Below are positions 1 through 9,420 of a DNA stretch of 64,000 nucleotides, piece by piece. Position numbers and translations under genes: made by a program. The notes under the pieces are model-generated. The model was not told the DNA's origin and searched no databases. It saw only the letters and a program-made list of their open reading frames with translations. Positions within the stretch are counted from its first letter, which is position 1. Every line of letters starts with the position of its first letter. This DNA is from Elusimicrobiota bacterium (GTDB taxonomy: Bacteria; Elusimicrobiota; Elusimicrobia; F11), in contig JBGAON010000002.1 in the NCBI GenBank assembly GCA_044221725.1, positions 320,001-384,000 of the forward strand. The letters are read 5' to 3'.

Positions 1-1
1 G

Positions 2-262
2 TCATCCTCTTCAATGGCCCATATAACGATATTTCGGGATTCGACCAACTTGGGAGATACAAGTTTAGGGTTGTCGGCGTCGAGTTGCCGCGTTTTTGGT
101 CAACCTGTTAGTCCTGTCGGAATTAGAATAAAGGATTCGCCCGGTGACACAAATGCGCATACATATCAGGTTTATATTCGTACCGACGATAGTGCGAATC
201 CAACTTCATTCCCATATATCGACCCAGGCTATTTATTATTAGAGGAAATCGGTCAACGATGA
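2..262 (+). CDS. Partial (5'-truncated) phage-fibre-like protein, paralog of 289..885
   Basis: The frame is open from the window edge. The C-terminus (RDSTNLG...DSPGDTNAHTYQV...LLLEEI) aligns by eye with the next gene. Confidence 0.7.
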   Translation, partial: SSSSMAHITIFRDSTNLGDTSLGLSASSCRVFGQPVSPVGIRIKDSPGDTNAHTYQVYIRTDDSANPTSFPYIDPGYLLLEEIGQR

Positions 263-288
263 CAGGTTCCAATAGCGTAATGTGCCAC

Positions 289-885
289 ATGAAGTTGATT
301 GCATGTGCAAGCCTTTTATTGCTGCTCGGTGGAATCATGTCGCGATCGTTCGCAACAATGAGTTTGACCGGTCCAATTACGGCAAGTACTGTAACGGTGA
401 GCGGTGACGTTACGGTAAGTAGTATGACCATAAGTACTTTGACGGTGACCAGCCAACTTAACACAATGGGGACCGCCGAGGGCATTAAAGGTCTTGTTCT
501 TCAAACTAAATCAAGTTCAACAGCCGTCCAATTTTCCACGACAAACACTACCTTTACAGCTGTTCCTGGGTTAAGCGTATCGCTGGCTTTATCAAGTGCA
601 ACCAATTATGTCCGTATTTCATTGAGCGGCGCATTGGAGAACTTTAATCTTTCATCAACTTCTCGATTATCCATTTCAAGAGATGGTGCCGACTTGGGGG
701 CAGGTTCATTAGCTACAGCAACGTCCTATCCGGGCTTAATGTCAGTAGGGATTGTAATTGTTGATTTGCCTGGAGACACCAATTCACATATATACGAAGT
801 AATAATTAATAATAGCGGGATAGGGCCAGCTCGTTTTCCCACGGGCTCGACCGGTTTTTTACTGGCAGAAGAAATTAGTCAGTGA
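289..885 (+). CDS. Secreted Ser/Thr-rich phage-fibre-like protein
   Basis: Signal peptide MKLIACASLLLLLGGIMSRSFA from ATG 289 (the ORF track starts at 259), a T/S/V-rich stalk, and the C-terminal domain DLPGDTNSHIYEV...LLAEEI. Confidence 0.7.
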   Translation: MKLIACASLLLLLGGIMSRSFATMSLTGPITASTVTVSGDVTVSSMTISTLTVTSQLNTMGTAEGIKGLVLQTKSSSTAVQFSTTNTTFTAVPGLSVSLALSSATNYVRISLSGALENFNLSSTSRLSISRDGADLGAGSLATATSYPGLMSVGIVIVDLPGDTNSHIYEVIINNSGIGPARFPTGSTGFLLAEEISQ

Positions 886-983
886 TTTGAGCGAGACGTA
901 AAATCCAGTTACATTCTTTGGATGTGGATGAACTTTTTTATTTTCGGATTCAGATAAATGACTAAATTAGGAAGGACTACAAA

Positions 984-1988
984 ATGAAAATCATAAAATT
1001 GTGTTCACTTCTCTTCCTTTCTGTCGGTTGTATATGTTTCGCAAAAGCTGATACCGGAGTCGATGGAAGTGCCACAATAACGAGCAGCTTAACCATGACA
1101 GGATTGCTGTCAGTCAGTAGCTTTACAGCGAATACCGTTTCTGTTTCGAGCACTGTAATACAGGGGCCCGGAGCGGTGAGCAATAATACTCCCATTGGCA
1201 ATTACCTTTTTGCGTCGGATACGAGTAGTGTTCATGGATCAATGATCCAGGGTCGGCGTGCATCCGATGCTTTGCATACAGAGCTCCGTCTTTTTACAAT
1301 GGGAGGAACGGCTGTTCCTGTCGAACGGTTGACTATTGACGATAGCGGAAGTGTAAGAGTTGGAAGTACTACATCGGATCAAAATTTTTATGTCACTTCT
1401 TCGAGTGGAACGGAATTTCGAATCCTCGCGAGCCAAGATTCTGCTGTTTGGGCGCAAACCCAAAGCAACCATCCTCTTGTTCTAACAACAAATAACGGTC
1501 CGGATGCAATTCGCGTTACAACGTCACAAGAGGTGTTGCAACCGAATCAACCGTCATTTCTTGTCACGGCTCCTTCAAACACAACAGATGTCACTGGAGA
1601 TGGCACCATTTACACGGCGGAATACGACACTGAAATTTTTGATCAAGGATCAGATTTTAATACCGGTACTTATACTTTCACGGCTCCTGTCGCGGGACGT
1701 TATTTATTTAATGCGAGCGTGCTGATTCAAGGAGTGAACAGTTCTCAGACCTCAACAGGTGAAATGTTATTGGTGACGTCAAATAGGACTTACGACCTGC
1801 AGAGTGTTCCCGATAGTAGTTTGGCGCGGTTTGGGAGCCAATATATAAGATTGATTGGCAGTGTCATCGCAGATATGGATGCTGGAGACACTGCTGTAGT
1901 TCAGGTGGCCATTTTTGGTGGAACCAAAACCTGTGATTTGAACAATGGTGCAACCTATAACTACTTTTCTGGTTCTCTTATAAATTAA
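984..1988 (+). CDS. Secreted fibre-like protein with a C-terminal C1q-like head
   Basis: Signal peptide; ERLTIDDSGSVRVG fibre-type repeats; C1q-like motifs QPSF, FDQGSDFNTGTYTFTAPVAGRYLF, MDAGDTA, FSGSLI. Confidence 0.8.
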   Translation: MKIIKLCSLLFLSVGCICFAKADTGVDGSATITSSLTMTGLLSVSSFTANTVSVSSTVIQGPGAVSNNTPIGNYLFASDTSSVHGSMIQGRRASDALHTELRLFTMGGTAVPVERLTIDDSGSVRVGSTTSDQNFYVTSSSGTEFRILASQDSAVWAQTQSNHPLVLTTNNGPDAIRVTTSQEVLQPNQPSFLVTAPSNTTDVTGDGTIYTAEYDTEIFDQGSDFNTGTYTFTAPVAGRYLFNASVLIQGVNSSQTSTGEMLLVTSNRTYDLQSVPDSSLARFGSQYIRLIGSVIADMDAGDTAVVQVAIFGGTKTCDLNNGATYNYFSGSLIN

Positions 1989-2008
1989 TTGAAAATATTT
2001 AAAGTGAG

Positions 2009-2347
2009 GTGTTTATGAAAAAAGTCATGTTTCTCGCGATATTTCTTACGGTCAACGCGTATGCCAAAAAAATTGTTCTAGATATTCCAGATAAAGATAT
2101 TGCTGTTGTTGAAAATGACGTGCCGGACGCCGAACAGTGGATTAAAGCAGCCTGGGCTGGAAAGGTGAATAAATCTCGGGATCGGATGATTCAAGCCGAG
2201 GTATCCAGGTCACTGAATGCAAAAGAAGGTTTGCCTTCTACGGGAGACGCGATTATTGCGAAAGCGATGAGCCGCAGCGATTACAAAAACCGTAAGCAAC
2301 GTGATGCTGTTGAATTAAAAGCTGACTCGACAAAAAGAACAAAATAG
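2009..2347 (+). CDS. Small secreted protein, possible fibre-associated chaperone
   Basis: 112 aa with signal peptide MKKVMFLAIFLTVNAYA; lies directly after the C1q gene. Confidence 0.65.
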   Translation: MFMKKVMFLAIFLTVNAYAKKIVLDIPDKDIAVVENDVPDAEQWIKAAWAGKVNKSRDRMIQAEVSRSLNAKEGLPSTGDAIIAKAMSRSDYKNRKQRDAVELKADSTKRTK

Positions 2348-2471
2348 AATTCAACCCTATTACTTATTTCTTAATTAGTTTTTACCCTTCACATTTATTA
2401 TTTGTGTGATATCAAGACTTATTCCTATCCGACGATTCAACACTATCCTCAAAACATATTGAGGAATCTCT

Positions 2472-4211
2472 CTGAAAAACAATAACACCATTAATTCTTT
2501 TGGATTTGCTGCTTTTGTATTCGCCCTGTATGGCGTTTTATCGGTTGCGATAACTTGGCCGCTTTTGCTCCACATGAACACTACCGTTTTCTACGGCGAT
2601 GCGATGGGGCAGGTGTGGTGGATGTGGTCGAAAGCTCATGGGCTCTGGAACGGCAACACGACCGCGCTGCTTTCGGCGCCCTTTGGTTACACGCGCGAGT
2701 ATGCGGTGGCGCAACCTGTGTACGAAGCGCTTTTCTCTGCGGCGGCGAGAATATTTCCTGAGATTGTGGCTTACAATTTGATTGTGCTCGTATCTTTTCC
2801 GCTGACGGCTCTCGCCACGTTTCTATTTCTTGATTACCTGCTGAAGGATCGTGTTGCCGCGTTTCTCGGCGGAGCGTTCTTTGGGTTTTGTTCGGGCGCG
2901 GTTTCTCAGGCGTGCGCGGGGCATCTCACGTTTGCGCTGAATATGTTCATCCCTCTTTTTGTATGGGCCTTCCTCGTTCATCGTAAATATCGAACGATTC
3001 ACACGTCGGCGCTCCTTGGACTCGTATACGCGCTGCTCGCATTGACGTGTACCTATTGGGGCTATTTTGGAGTGCTGCTGGGCGTCACGATGCTCGTGTT
3101 TGATTTTTTTCAAGAGCGGTCTCTTTCGTTATCCAGGAAGGCGTTCGGTTACGTGCCGGCTTTTTGTGTCGCCGCGCTGTTGCTGCTTTCGGTATTTTAT
3201 CCGCTATTGATGTTCCGTTTGCGCGCAAGTCACACGATTTTGAAATCCACTGGCTTTGCGCGAGAGATCGAGCAACTCGTTGTCTATTCGGCCTACCCTT
3301 GGGAATATTTTATGCCGTCTATCCAGCAGCTGGTGTTTGGCCCGCTCGTGGGAACGTTCTTTTCAATTTTTCTGCACGGCAGCAACGTGTTTGAACAAAG
3401 CATTTATCTCGGCGCGTTACCGCTTCTGTTCGTGGGGTGGGGACTCGTGTTAATACGCGACGGCGATTTTTCAGAGGAACGACGCCGTTACTTTTTTTTC
3501 TTTTTGATTATCGGGGCTGTTCTTATGCTCATTTCGTTTCCGCCGTACTTTCCTGTAAAAAACATAAAGATTCCCAATATCTCTTTTGTGCTTTATCAAT
3601 TTGCGCCGATGTTCCGCGTGTACGCGCGGCTCGGAATATTTGTGATGTTCTTTGTTGCCTGTGCGGGGGCTGTCGTTATAGCCGCTTTGCGTGATCGTGT
3701 TCCTTTCGTGCAGCGCAAACGGTTTGTGTTGATCGTGCTGGCTGTGTTCGTTGTGGATACTTGGAGCGTTTCGCCCGATTTGTTCGCGCGGTTGAACACC
3801 CCGCCTGTCTACGAGTGGCTCGCCCAGCAGCCAGGCGACATTGTTGTGGCCGAATATCCGATGATGAGCCGCGATGATGCGTCCTATTACCGTTATCTTT
3901 TGTGGCAACGTGTTCATAAGAAACGAATCGTGAACGGCGCGTCGCCGGTGCAAAAAGAAGCGTGGGAATTTCGCGAGAGCGTGGCCGATTTTTCGCGCAG
4001 CGAAACCGTGGCCGCGCTGCGAAAGGCCGGTGTGAAATACGCAATTGTGCACGCGGCCTATTATGCCGAAGGACCCATACCAAAACCGATGAAACCGTAT
4101 TTTCCTCCAAAGACGGCGTCGCTTTCCTACGACCACGGAAGAATCCCGAAAAATACGGATCTTTCCGTTCCTTATCGTTGGTTTGGAAGCGACATTGTGT
4201 ACGCGCTCTAA
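2472..4211 (+). CDS. Polytopic GT-C/YfhO-like membrane glycosyltransferase
   Basis: More than 10 hydrophobic segments, TWPL...GD near the N-terminus, FRVYAR, and a soluble C-terminal tail. The frame is open back to CTG 2472, behind a GAGGA RBS (the ORF track starts at 2565). Confidence 0.7.
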   Translation: MKNNNTINSFGFAAFVFALYGVLSVAITWPLLLHMNTTVFYGDAMGQVWWMWSKAHGLWNGNTTALLSAPFGYTREYAVAQPVYEALFSAAARIFPEIVAYNLIVLVSFPLTALATFLFLDYLLKDRVAAFLGGAFFGFCSGAVSQACAGHLTFALNMFIPLFVWAFLVHRKYRTIHTSALLGLVYALLALTCTYWGYFGVLLGVTMLVFDFFQERSLSLSRKAFGYVPAFCVAALLLLSVFYPLLMFRLRASHTILKSTGFAREIEQLVVYSAYPWEYFMPSIQQLVFGPLVGTFFSIFLHGSNVFEQSIYLGALPLLFVGWGLVLIRDGDFSEERRRYFFFFLIIGAVLMLISFPPYFPVKNIKIPNISFVLYQFAPMFRVYARLGIFVMFFVACAGAVVIAALRDRVPFVQRKRFVLIVLAVFVVDTWSVSPDLFARLNTPPVYEWLAQQPGDIVVAEYPMMSRDDASYYRYLLWQRVHKKRIVNGASPVQKEAWEFRESVADFSRSETVAALRKAGVKYAIVHAAYYAEGPIPKPMKPYFPPKTASLSYDHGRIPKNTDLSVPYRWFGSDIVYAL

Positions 4212-4232
4212 TTTCTTAGAATCCGGCTTCTT

Positions 4233-5222
4233 ATGAATATCCAATCCGTTATACGCGATGTTATTTCCACGCAGGCGAAGAGCCTTATGGAAATCAAACC
4301 GTTTATCGACAAGCCATTCGCCGATGCGGTTCGTACGATGTACAAATGCAAGGGCAAGCTCGTGATCACCGGCGTCGGAAAATCCGGGCTCATTGCGCAG
4401 AAAATTGCCTCGACGCTGTCGTCCACGGGAACGCCCGCGATTTTTCTGCATCCGGTGGAAGGCATGCATGGAAACCTTGGTGTTCTTCAAAAGGGCGACG
4501 TTGTGCTCGCCATTGGGAAGTCGGGTGAGAGCGAGGAGTTGCTAAATATTTTGCCGGCGATCCAAAAGATCGGAGTGAAAGTGATTGGTCTTACCGCCGA
4601 CAAGAATTCGTCGCTCGCGCGGCAGTCGTCGATTGTGTTGCACGTGCCGGTCAAACGCGAAGCGTGTCCATTGAATCTCGCGCCGACCACCAGCTCGACC
4701 GTGGCGCTTGTGGTGGGCGATGCGATCGCCATCGCACTCATGAAATTGCGCGGTTTTGACGAAAACGATTTTGCGCTGTATCACCCAGGTGGACTTCTTG
4801 GAAAAAGACTTCTCTTGAAGATTTCGGACGTGATGCGCGCGGGGGCCGCAAATCCTGTTATTCATGTGGATGACAGCATGACGAACTTGCTTATTGAAAT
4901 GTCGCGCAAATGGACGGGTGCTGTGTCGGTGATCAACGCGAGAAAGCGGCTTGTCGGACTCGTGACGGACTTTGACGTGCGGCAAGCGTTCGCCGAAGGC
5001 AAGGCGATCCGAAACGTGAAGATTCGTGAGATTATGAACCCGCGCCCTATTTTTATTCACTCGGACGAAATGGCGGTCAAAGCGCTTGAGATGATGGAAT
5101 CGCGCAAAAAGCCGCTGTCCGTGTTGCCGGTGGTAAACCATCAACGCTGTTCGGTGGGAATGATTCACATTCACGATTTGGTCCGCAAAGGACTCGTTTC
5201 CGGAAAAGACTCCATCCATTGA
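4233..5222 (+). CDS. kdsD: Arabinose-5-phosphate isomerase (SIS + 2 CBS)
   Basis: GVGKSG, HPVEGMHGNLG, APTTSS, HPGGLLG and a CBS pair. Confidence 0.93.
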   Translation: MNIQSVIRDVISTQAKSLMEIKPFIDKPFADAVRTMYKCKGKLVITGVGKSGLIAQKIASTLSSTGTPAIFLHPVEGMHGNLGVLQKGDVVLAIGKSGESEELLNILPAIQKIGVKVIGLTADKNSSLARQSSIVLHVPVKREACPLNLAPTTSSTVALVVGDAIAIALMKLRGFDENDFALYHPGGLLGKRLLLKISDVMRAGAANPVIHVDDSMTNLLIEMSRKWTGAVSVINARKRLVGLVTDFDVRQAFAEGKAIRNVKIREIMNPRPIFIHSDEMAVKALEMMESRKKPLSVLPVVNHQRCSVGMIHIHDLVRKGLVSGKDSIH

Positions 5223-6199
5223 AGCCGGTCATTGGTTTGACGATCGGAGATCCGGCGGGTGTGGGCCCCGAGATCGTATTAAAAGCCATGCCGTATTTTC
5301 GTTCCACGTGCGAATTCGTTGTGTTTGGCGATCGGACGTTCCTCGAATACGTGAACGCGCACGTGTTGGGTCGCACGTCGTTGCCGCGCGCGTTTTATGT
5401 CGACTTCAAAAATGTCGACAAGAAAAATTTTCGGTTCGGCGTGGCCACGGCGAACGGCGGAAAAGCGAGCGGAACCTACATCGAGGTGGCCGTTCGGGCC
5501 GCTTTAAATAACGAAATAAACGCACTTGTTACGGCCCCTATTAATAAGGAGGGACTTCAAATGGGAGGCTGGCACAAGCAACATGTCGGCCACACCGAAA
5601 TTTTGGCCCATTTGACCGGTTCCAAGAGCGTGGCACTGATGCTGGTCACAAAAAATCTGCGCGCCGTGCACGTGACGTCTCACATTCCGCTCAAAAAGGT
5701 GTCGGCGTCCTTAACAAAGGAACGCGTGTTCCAAACAATTTCTTTAACGCACGAAGGTCTCACCGGCCTCGGAATTGCGCGGCCGCGGATCGCCGTGTGC
5801 GGTCTTAATCCGCACGCGGGCGAAAACGGGCTGTTGGGAGACGAAGAGGCAAAGATTATTTCGCCGGCCGTTCAACAAGCGAAACGCAGAGGCATTCGCG
5901 TCGATGGCCCGATTTCTGCTGACGTGGTGTGGCCAAAAGTTCGCGACCGCGTTTACGATGCCGGCGTGGCCATGTACCACGACCAAGGACAAATCGCGGT
6001 GAAGCTTTTGTCGTTCGAAAATCAAAAACGAAACGCTACCGTTGGTGGCGTGAACATGACGCTGGGTTTACCGATTGTTCGCACCTCGGTCGCGCATGGC
6101 ACCGCGTACGAAATTGCAGGGAAAGACATCGCCTCCGAGCAAAGTCTTGTCGAAGCGATTCGGATGGCTCTTTCGTTAGTAAAGCGACGCAAAATCTGA
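5219..6199 (+). CDS. pdxA: 4-hydroxythreonine-4-phosphate dehydrogenase family
   Basis: GDPAGVGPE, TAPINK, GHTE, LNPHAGE, MYHDQG, RTSVAHGTA. Confidence 0.92.
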   Translation: MKPVIGLTIGDPAGVGPEIVLKAMPYFRSTCEFVVFGDRTFLEYVNAHVLGRTSLPRAFYVDFKNVDKKNFRFGVATANGGKASGTYIEVAVRAALNNEINALVTAPINKEGLQMGGWHKQHVGHTEILAHLTGSKSVALMLVTKNLRAVHVTSHIPLKKVSASLTKERVFQTISLTHEGLTGLGIARPRIAVCGLNPHAGENGLLGDEEAKIISPAVQQAKRRGIRVDGPISADVVWPKVRDRVYDAGVAMYHDQGQIAVKLLSFENQKRNATVGGVNMTLGLPIVRTSVAHGTAYEIAGKDIASEQSLVEAIRMALSLVKRRKI

Positions 6200-7053
6200 T
6201 GTGTCCCATTTGCGAGAGTTCGCGGACACGGTTCGCGCGGCGCGCGGGGGCGTTCGAATTGCGCGAGTGCGACGATTGCTTTGTTCGTTATTCGAACCCG
6301 ATGGTGCACCCGGGGCAAGAATGGTACGAAGAGTCCGATATTTATGAAGAGGTACGCTGGAATTTGCCGGCCGTCTCACGGTTGGGCGAGCGTTGGGAGT
6401 TCGCGCGCGCGTTGGAGCAGATGGTGCCACACGCTTCTGTGTTTGATGTCGGATGCGGACGCGGTGATTTTTTAAAACTCGCCCAGACGCAGTCGTTCGA
6501 TGTCGCGGGCATCGATCTGCACCGCACGCTTGTTCGGGTTGGGCACGAGGCGTACGGACTGAGTTCCATTGAACAAGGAACGATCGAAGATTATCGCGCG
6601 CGCCATCCCGAAAAGAAATTCGATGCAATCACCGCGTTCGAGGTTCTCGAGCATGTTTCAAACCCGCGCGAATTTTTGCGCGCGTGCGGATCTCTCTTGA
6701 AACCACATGGTCTTTTGATCGTCAGCGTTCCCGGGTATCAACGTTGGCCGCGCTGGGTTAACAACGAAGTGGATTTGCCGCCCCACCACTTTGTTCTGTG
6801 GTCACAAACGGCTCTAAAAAAGATTCTTATGGCCGAAGGTTTCAAAGATGTTCGAACCGAACAGAAACCGCTGCTGTTGACCGATATCATGTACCACGTG
6901 GTTCGTTGGTTTCCGTGGTTGCAGAAGCCCGGTGTGTTCCGAAAACTTGCGCGCGGTGTGCTGAAGGCGGCCGTTTACCCGGTCTGGAGCGTGGTGCGGT
7001 TTTTCCCTCGCGCGGGCGGATTTACAATTCTTGCGATCGGAACCAAGCAATGA
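6199..7053 (+). CDS. Class I SAM-dependent methyltransferase with an N-terminal Zn-ribbon
   Basis: CPIC...CDDC, DVGCGRG, FEVLEH, PPHH. ATG 6199 overlaps the pdxA stop. Confidence 0.85.
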   Translation: MCPICESSRTRFARRAGAFELRECDDCFVRYSNPMVHPGQEWYEESDIYEEVRWNLPAVSRLGERWEFARALEQMVPHASVFDVGCGRGDFLKLAQTQSFDVAGIDLHRTLVRVGHEAYGLSSIEQGTIEDYRARHPEKKFDAITAFEVLEHVSNPREFLRACGSLLKPHGLLIVSVPGYQRWPRWVNNEVDLPPHHFVLWSQTALKKILMAEGFKDVRTEQKPLLLTDIMYHVVRWFPWLQKPGVFRKLARGVLKAAVYPVWSVVRFFPRAGGFTILAIGTKQ

Positions 7054-8306
7054 CGCAGCAGAAATTGCTCTACAAAAATCTTAGCTGGCGAATTTGCCTC
7101 GACGTCGCATCGCGCGGAACGTTCTTTCTCGTCAATCTTTTCATCGCGCGCTCATTGAGTCTGAATGACTTCGGAAAATTCGCGTACGCCATATCGTTGG
7201 CGCAGGTTTTTTACGTGTTCACCGATTTCGGAATCAACGTGCAGCTAATGAAAGAGCTCGGCGAACATCGAGACGAGCGAGCGGAGTCGGTTGCTAACGT
7301 TTGGCTGAATTATTTCCAATTGAAGCTGGTGTTGATGGCGCTTTCGTTTGTCGCGTTTTGCGTCACCATCGGAGTTTTGTGGCGCTGGGATCGACCGTGG
7401 TTGGCGGTGCTCGCCGTCCTATGGATGTTTTCAAACTCGCTGCTTGATTTTAACCAGTTCGTCTGTAACGGGCTTGGTCGCATCGATATGGCGACGAAGA
7501 TGATGTTTGTGCAGCGCAGTGTGATGCTTGTCGGGGCGTTGGCGCCGCTTCTGTTCTGGCGAACGCTTGCCGGTGTGTTGGTGGGGATTTCGCTCAGTGG
7601 AACAATCGGATGTCTCTTATCAAACATTTATTTTTTTCGAGCGGTTTCCCAGCCGTTCGTGTGGGCGCCCAATACGACCGAATGGAAACGGATTCTTAAA
7701 ATTTCCTTCCCAGTGGGATTGGCCGGAACCCTGGGGGGGTGGTATTTGCGTTTCGGCGCCATCGTGTTGGCGTGGGTGGCTTCGAGTGCGGTGCTGGGCG
7801 TGTACGCGGCCGCATTTCGTGTTTTTGAAATCACGTACATTCTTCCGGCGGCGATCATGAGCATTGCGTTGCCGCATCTGGCGTCCTCGTACCGGAAAGG
7901 TGTCGAAGACTTTCGTTCGGAATTGTTTCGCATTTCGAAACTCATTTTCGCCGGCGCCGCGGCATGGAGTGCCGTTCTCATGTTCGGCAGCACACCGGTG
8001 ATTCATATTCTCTTTGGACAGAAGTTTGAAGACGCTCCGCCAATCCTGTGCGTGCTCGGTGGCGTTGGAGGAATGGTGTTTCTCAATTATTTGGCGTCGC
8101 ACGTCATGTTTGTTTTGCACCGTCAGCGCCGCCATTTGCTGAACGTCACGTTGTCATTTTGTATTTGTTTTCTCATGAGTATTCTTTTGATTCCATCGCA
8201 AGGCGCTGTCGGCGCCGCTTGGAGTCTTTTGATCACAGAGGTTTTCTTGTTTTTTGCGACGGTGCTTTATCTGGCACGAGGGTGGAACCATGTTGATCGG
8301 CGTTGA
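7050..8306 (+). CDS. Wzx-like oligosaccharide flippase
   Basis: About 12 TM segments with ARSL..NDFGKF, DFG and GVYAAA motifs. ATG 7050 overlaps the upstream stop. Confidence 0.85.
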   Translation: MTQQKLLYKNLSWRICLDVASRGTFFLVNLFIARSLSLNDFGKFAYAISLAQVFYVFTDFGINVQLMKELGEHRDERAESVANVWLNYFQLKLVLMALSFVAFCVTIGVLWRWDRPWLAVLAVLWMFSNSLLDFNQFVCNGLGRIDMATKMMFVQRSVMLVGALAPLLFWRTLAGVLVGISLSGTIGCLLSNIYFFRAVSQPFVWAPNTTEWKRILKISFPVGLAGTLGGWYLRFGAIVLAWVASSAVLGVYAAAFRVFEITYILPAAIMSIALPHLASSYRKGVEDFRSELFRISKLIFAGAAAWSAVLMFGSTPVIHILFGQKFEDAPPILCVLGGVGGMVFLNYLASHVMFVLHRQRRHLLNVTLSFCICFLMSILLIPSQGAVGAAWSLLITEVFLFFATVLYLARGWNHVDRR

Positions 8307-9420
8307 TAGTCGACCGCTTCGCGAAAAACAAACAAGCGGTATTCCCATGTACGTTCGCAGCTTGCTCGAAGCGCTCGCGATGATCGATCAGAAAAACGAA
8401 TACATTCTGTACGCGCACAAAGATTTTGATTATCCAATGCCCGGCGGCAACTTTCGAAAACGTTCGGGGGCGGTGACGCGCTATGGCAGTTTGTGGATGC
8501 AGGCGGAGCTTCCTCTATGGTTGACCCAAGACAAAGTGGATATTTTTTGGGGAACCCAGCATATCCTGCCGCTGCTGATGTCGCGTCGCATAAAGGCCAT
8601 TCTCACCGTGCACGATTTGGTTCATTATGTTTTTCCGGAGACCATGAAGCGACGAAACTTTTTGATCAACAAGTACATCATTCCGCCCTCGATTCATCGC
8701 ACGGACGCTGTCGTGGCGATTTCGAATTGGACGTTGTCGGACGTGAAAAAATATTTGGCACCGAAGAACAAAATCATGGAAGTGGTGCATCAAGGTGTTG
8801 GTCGCCCGATCTTCCCGCGCAACCGCGTCGTCGCCAAAGAGAAAATTAAAGAGCACTATGGACTCGAGGGACCGTTTTTGTTGACCGTTGGAACGTTCGA
8901 GCCACGCAAGAATATTGCCGGACTGTTTAAAGCGTTCTCGCTGATCGCCGATAAGATTCCGCATCGATTGGCGGTCGTCGGACAGAAAGGATGGAAGAAT
9001 CAGAACATCATTTCCGAAATTCAAGAAAGCAAAATAAAAGACCGCATCCACCTGTTAGGATATGTGCCGGACGAAATTCTGCCCGACGTTTACTCGGCCG
9101 CGGACGTTTTCGTTTTTCCGTCGCTTTACGAAGGATTCGGTTTCCCACCGCTCGAAGCAATGGCTTGCGCGGTTCCTGTGGTCGCATCGAACGTTTCCTC
9201 CATTCCTGAAGTGGTGGGAGACGCGGCCATGCTCGTCAATCCTTACGACCCGCCCGACATTGCACGGGGAATCCTTAAAGTTGTGACCGATTTGAGTTAT
9301 CGCCAGGAAATTATCATGAAAGGGATCACTCAGGCATCAAAGTTCACATGGAACAAAACCGCGGAGCACATGCTGGAAATTTTTGAAAGGGTTGGTTCGC
9401 TGAAGAATGGCCATCGGTAA
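8290..9420 (+). CDS. GT4 glycosyltransferase
   Basis: [31 protein letters not shown]. Confidence 0.92.
   Translation: MLIGVDSRPLREKQTSGIPMYVRSLLEALAMIDQKNEYILYAHKDFDYPMPGGNFRKRSGAVTRYGSLWMQAELPLWLTQDKVDIFWGTQHILPLLMSRRIKAILTVHDLVHYVFPETMKRRNFLINKYIIPPSIHRTDAVVAISNWTLSDVKKYLAPKNKIMEVVHQGVGRPIFPRNRVVAKEKIKEHYGLEGPFLLTVGTFEPRKNIAGLFKAFSLIADKIPHRLAVVGQKGWKNQNIISEIQESKIKDRIHLLGYVPDEILPDVYSAADVFVFPSLYEGFGFPPLEAMACAVPVVASNVSSIPEVVGDAAMLVNPYDPPDIARGILKVVTDLSYRQEIIMKGITQASKFTWNKTAEHMLEIFERVGSLKNGHR

Noticed and set aside
1..2347. Prophage
   Set aside because: Only fibre-like genes with signal peptides are present; no head, packaging, lysis or integration genes in the window.
3471..4490. Long antisense ORFs (also 30640..31506, 31654..32442, 61740..62609)
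   Set aside because: They shadow well-supported + strand genes and show no recognisable motifs.
5929..6198. N-terminal extensions in the ORF track (also 6798, 14051, 14989, 18419, 35438, 51793)
   Set aside because: They overlap upstream genes or repeats; downstream ATGs at the upstream stop or behind an RBS fit better.
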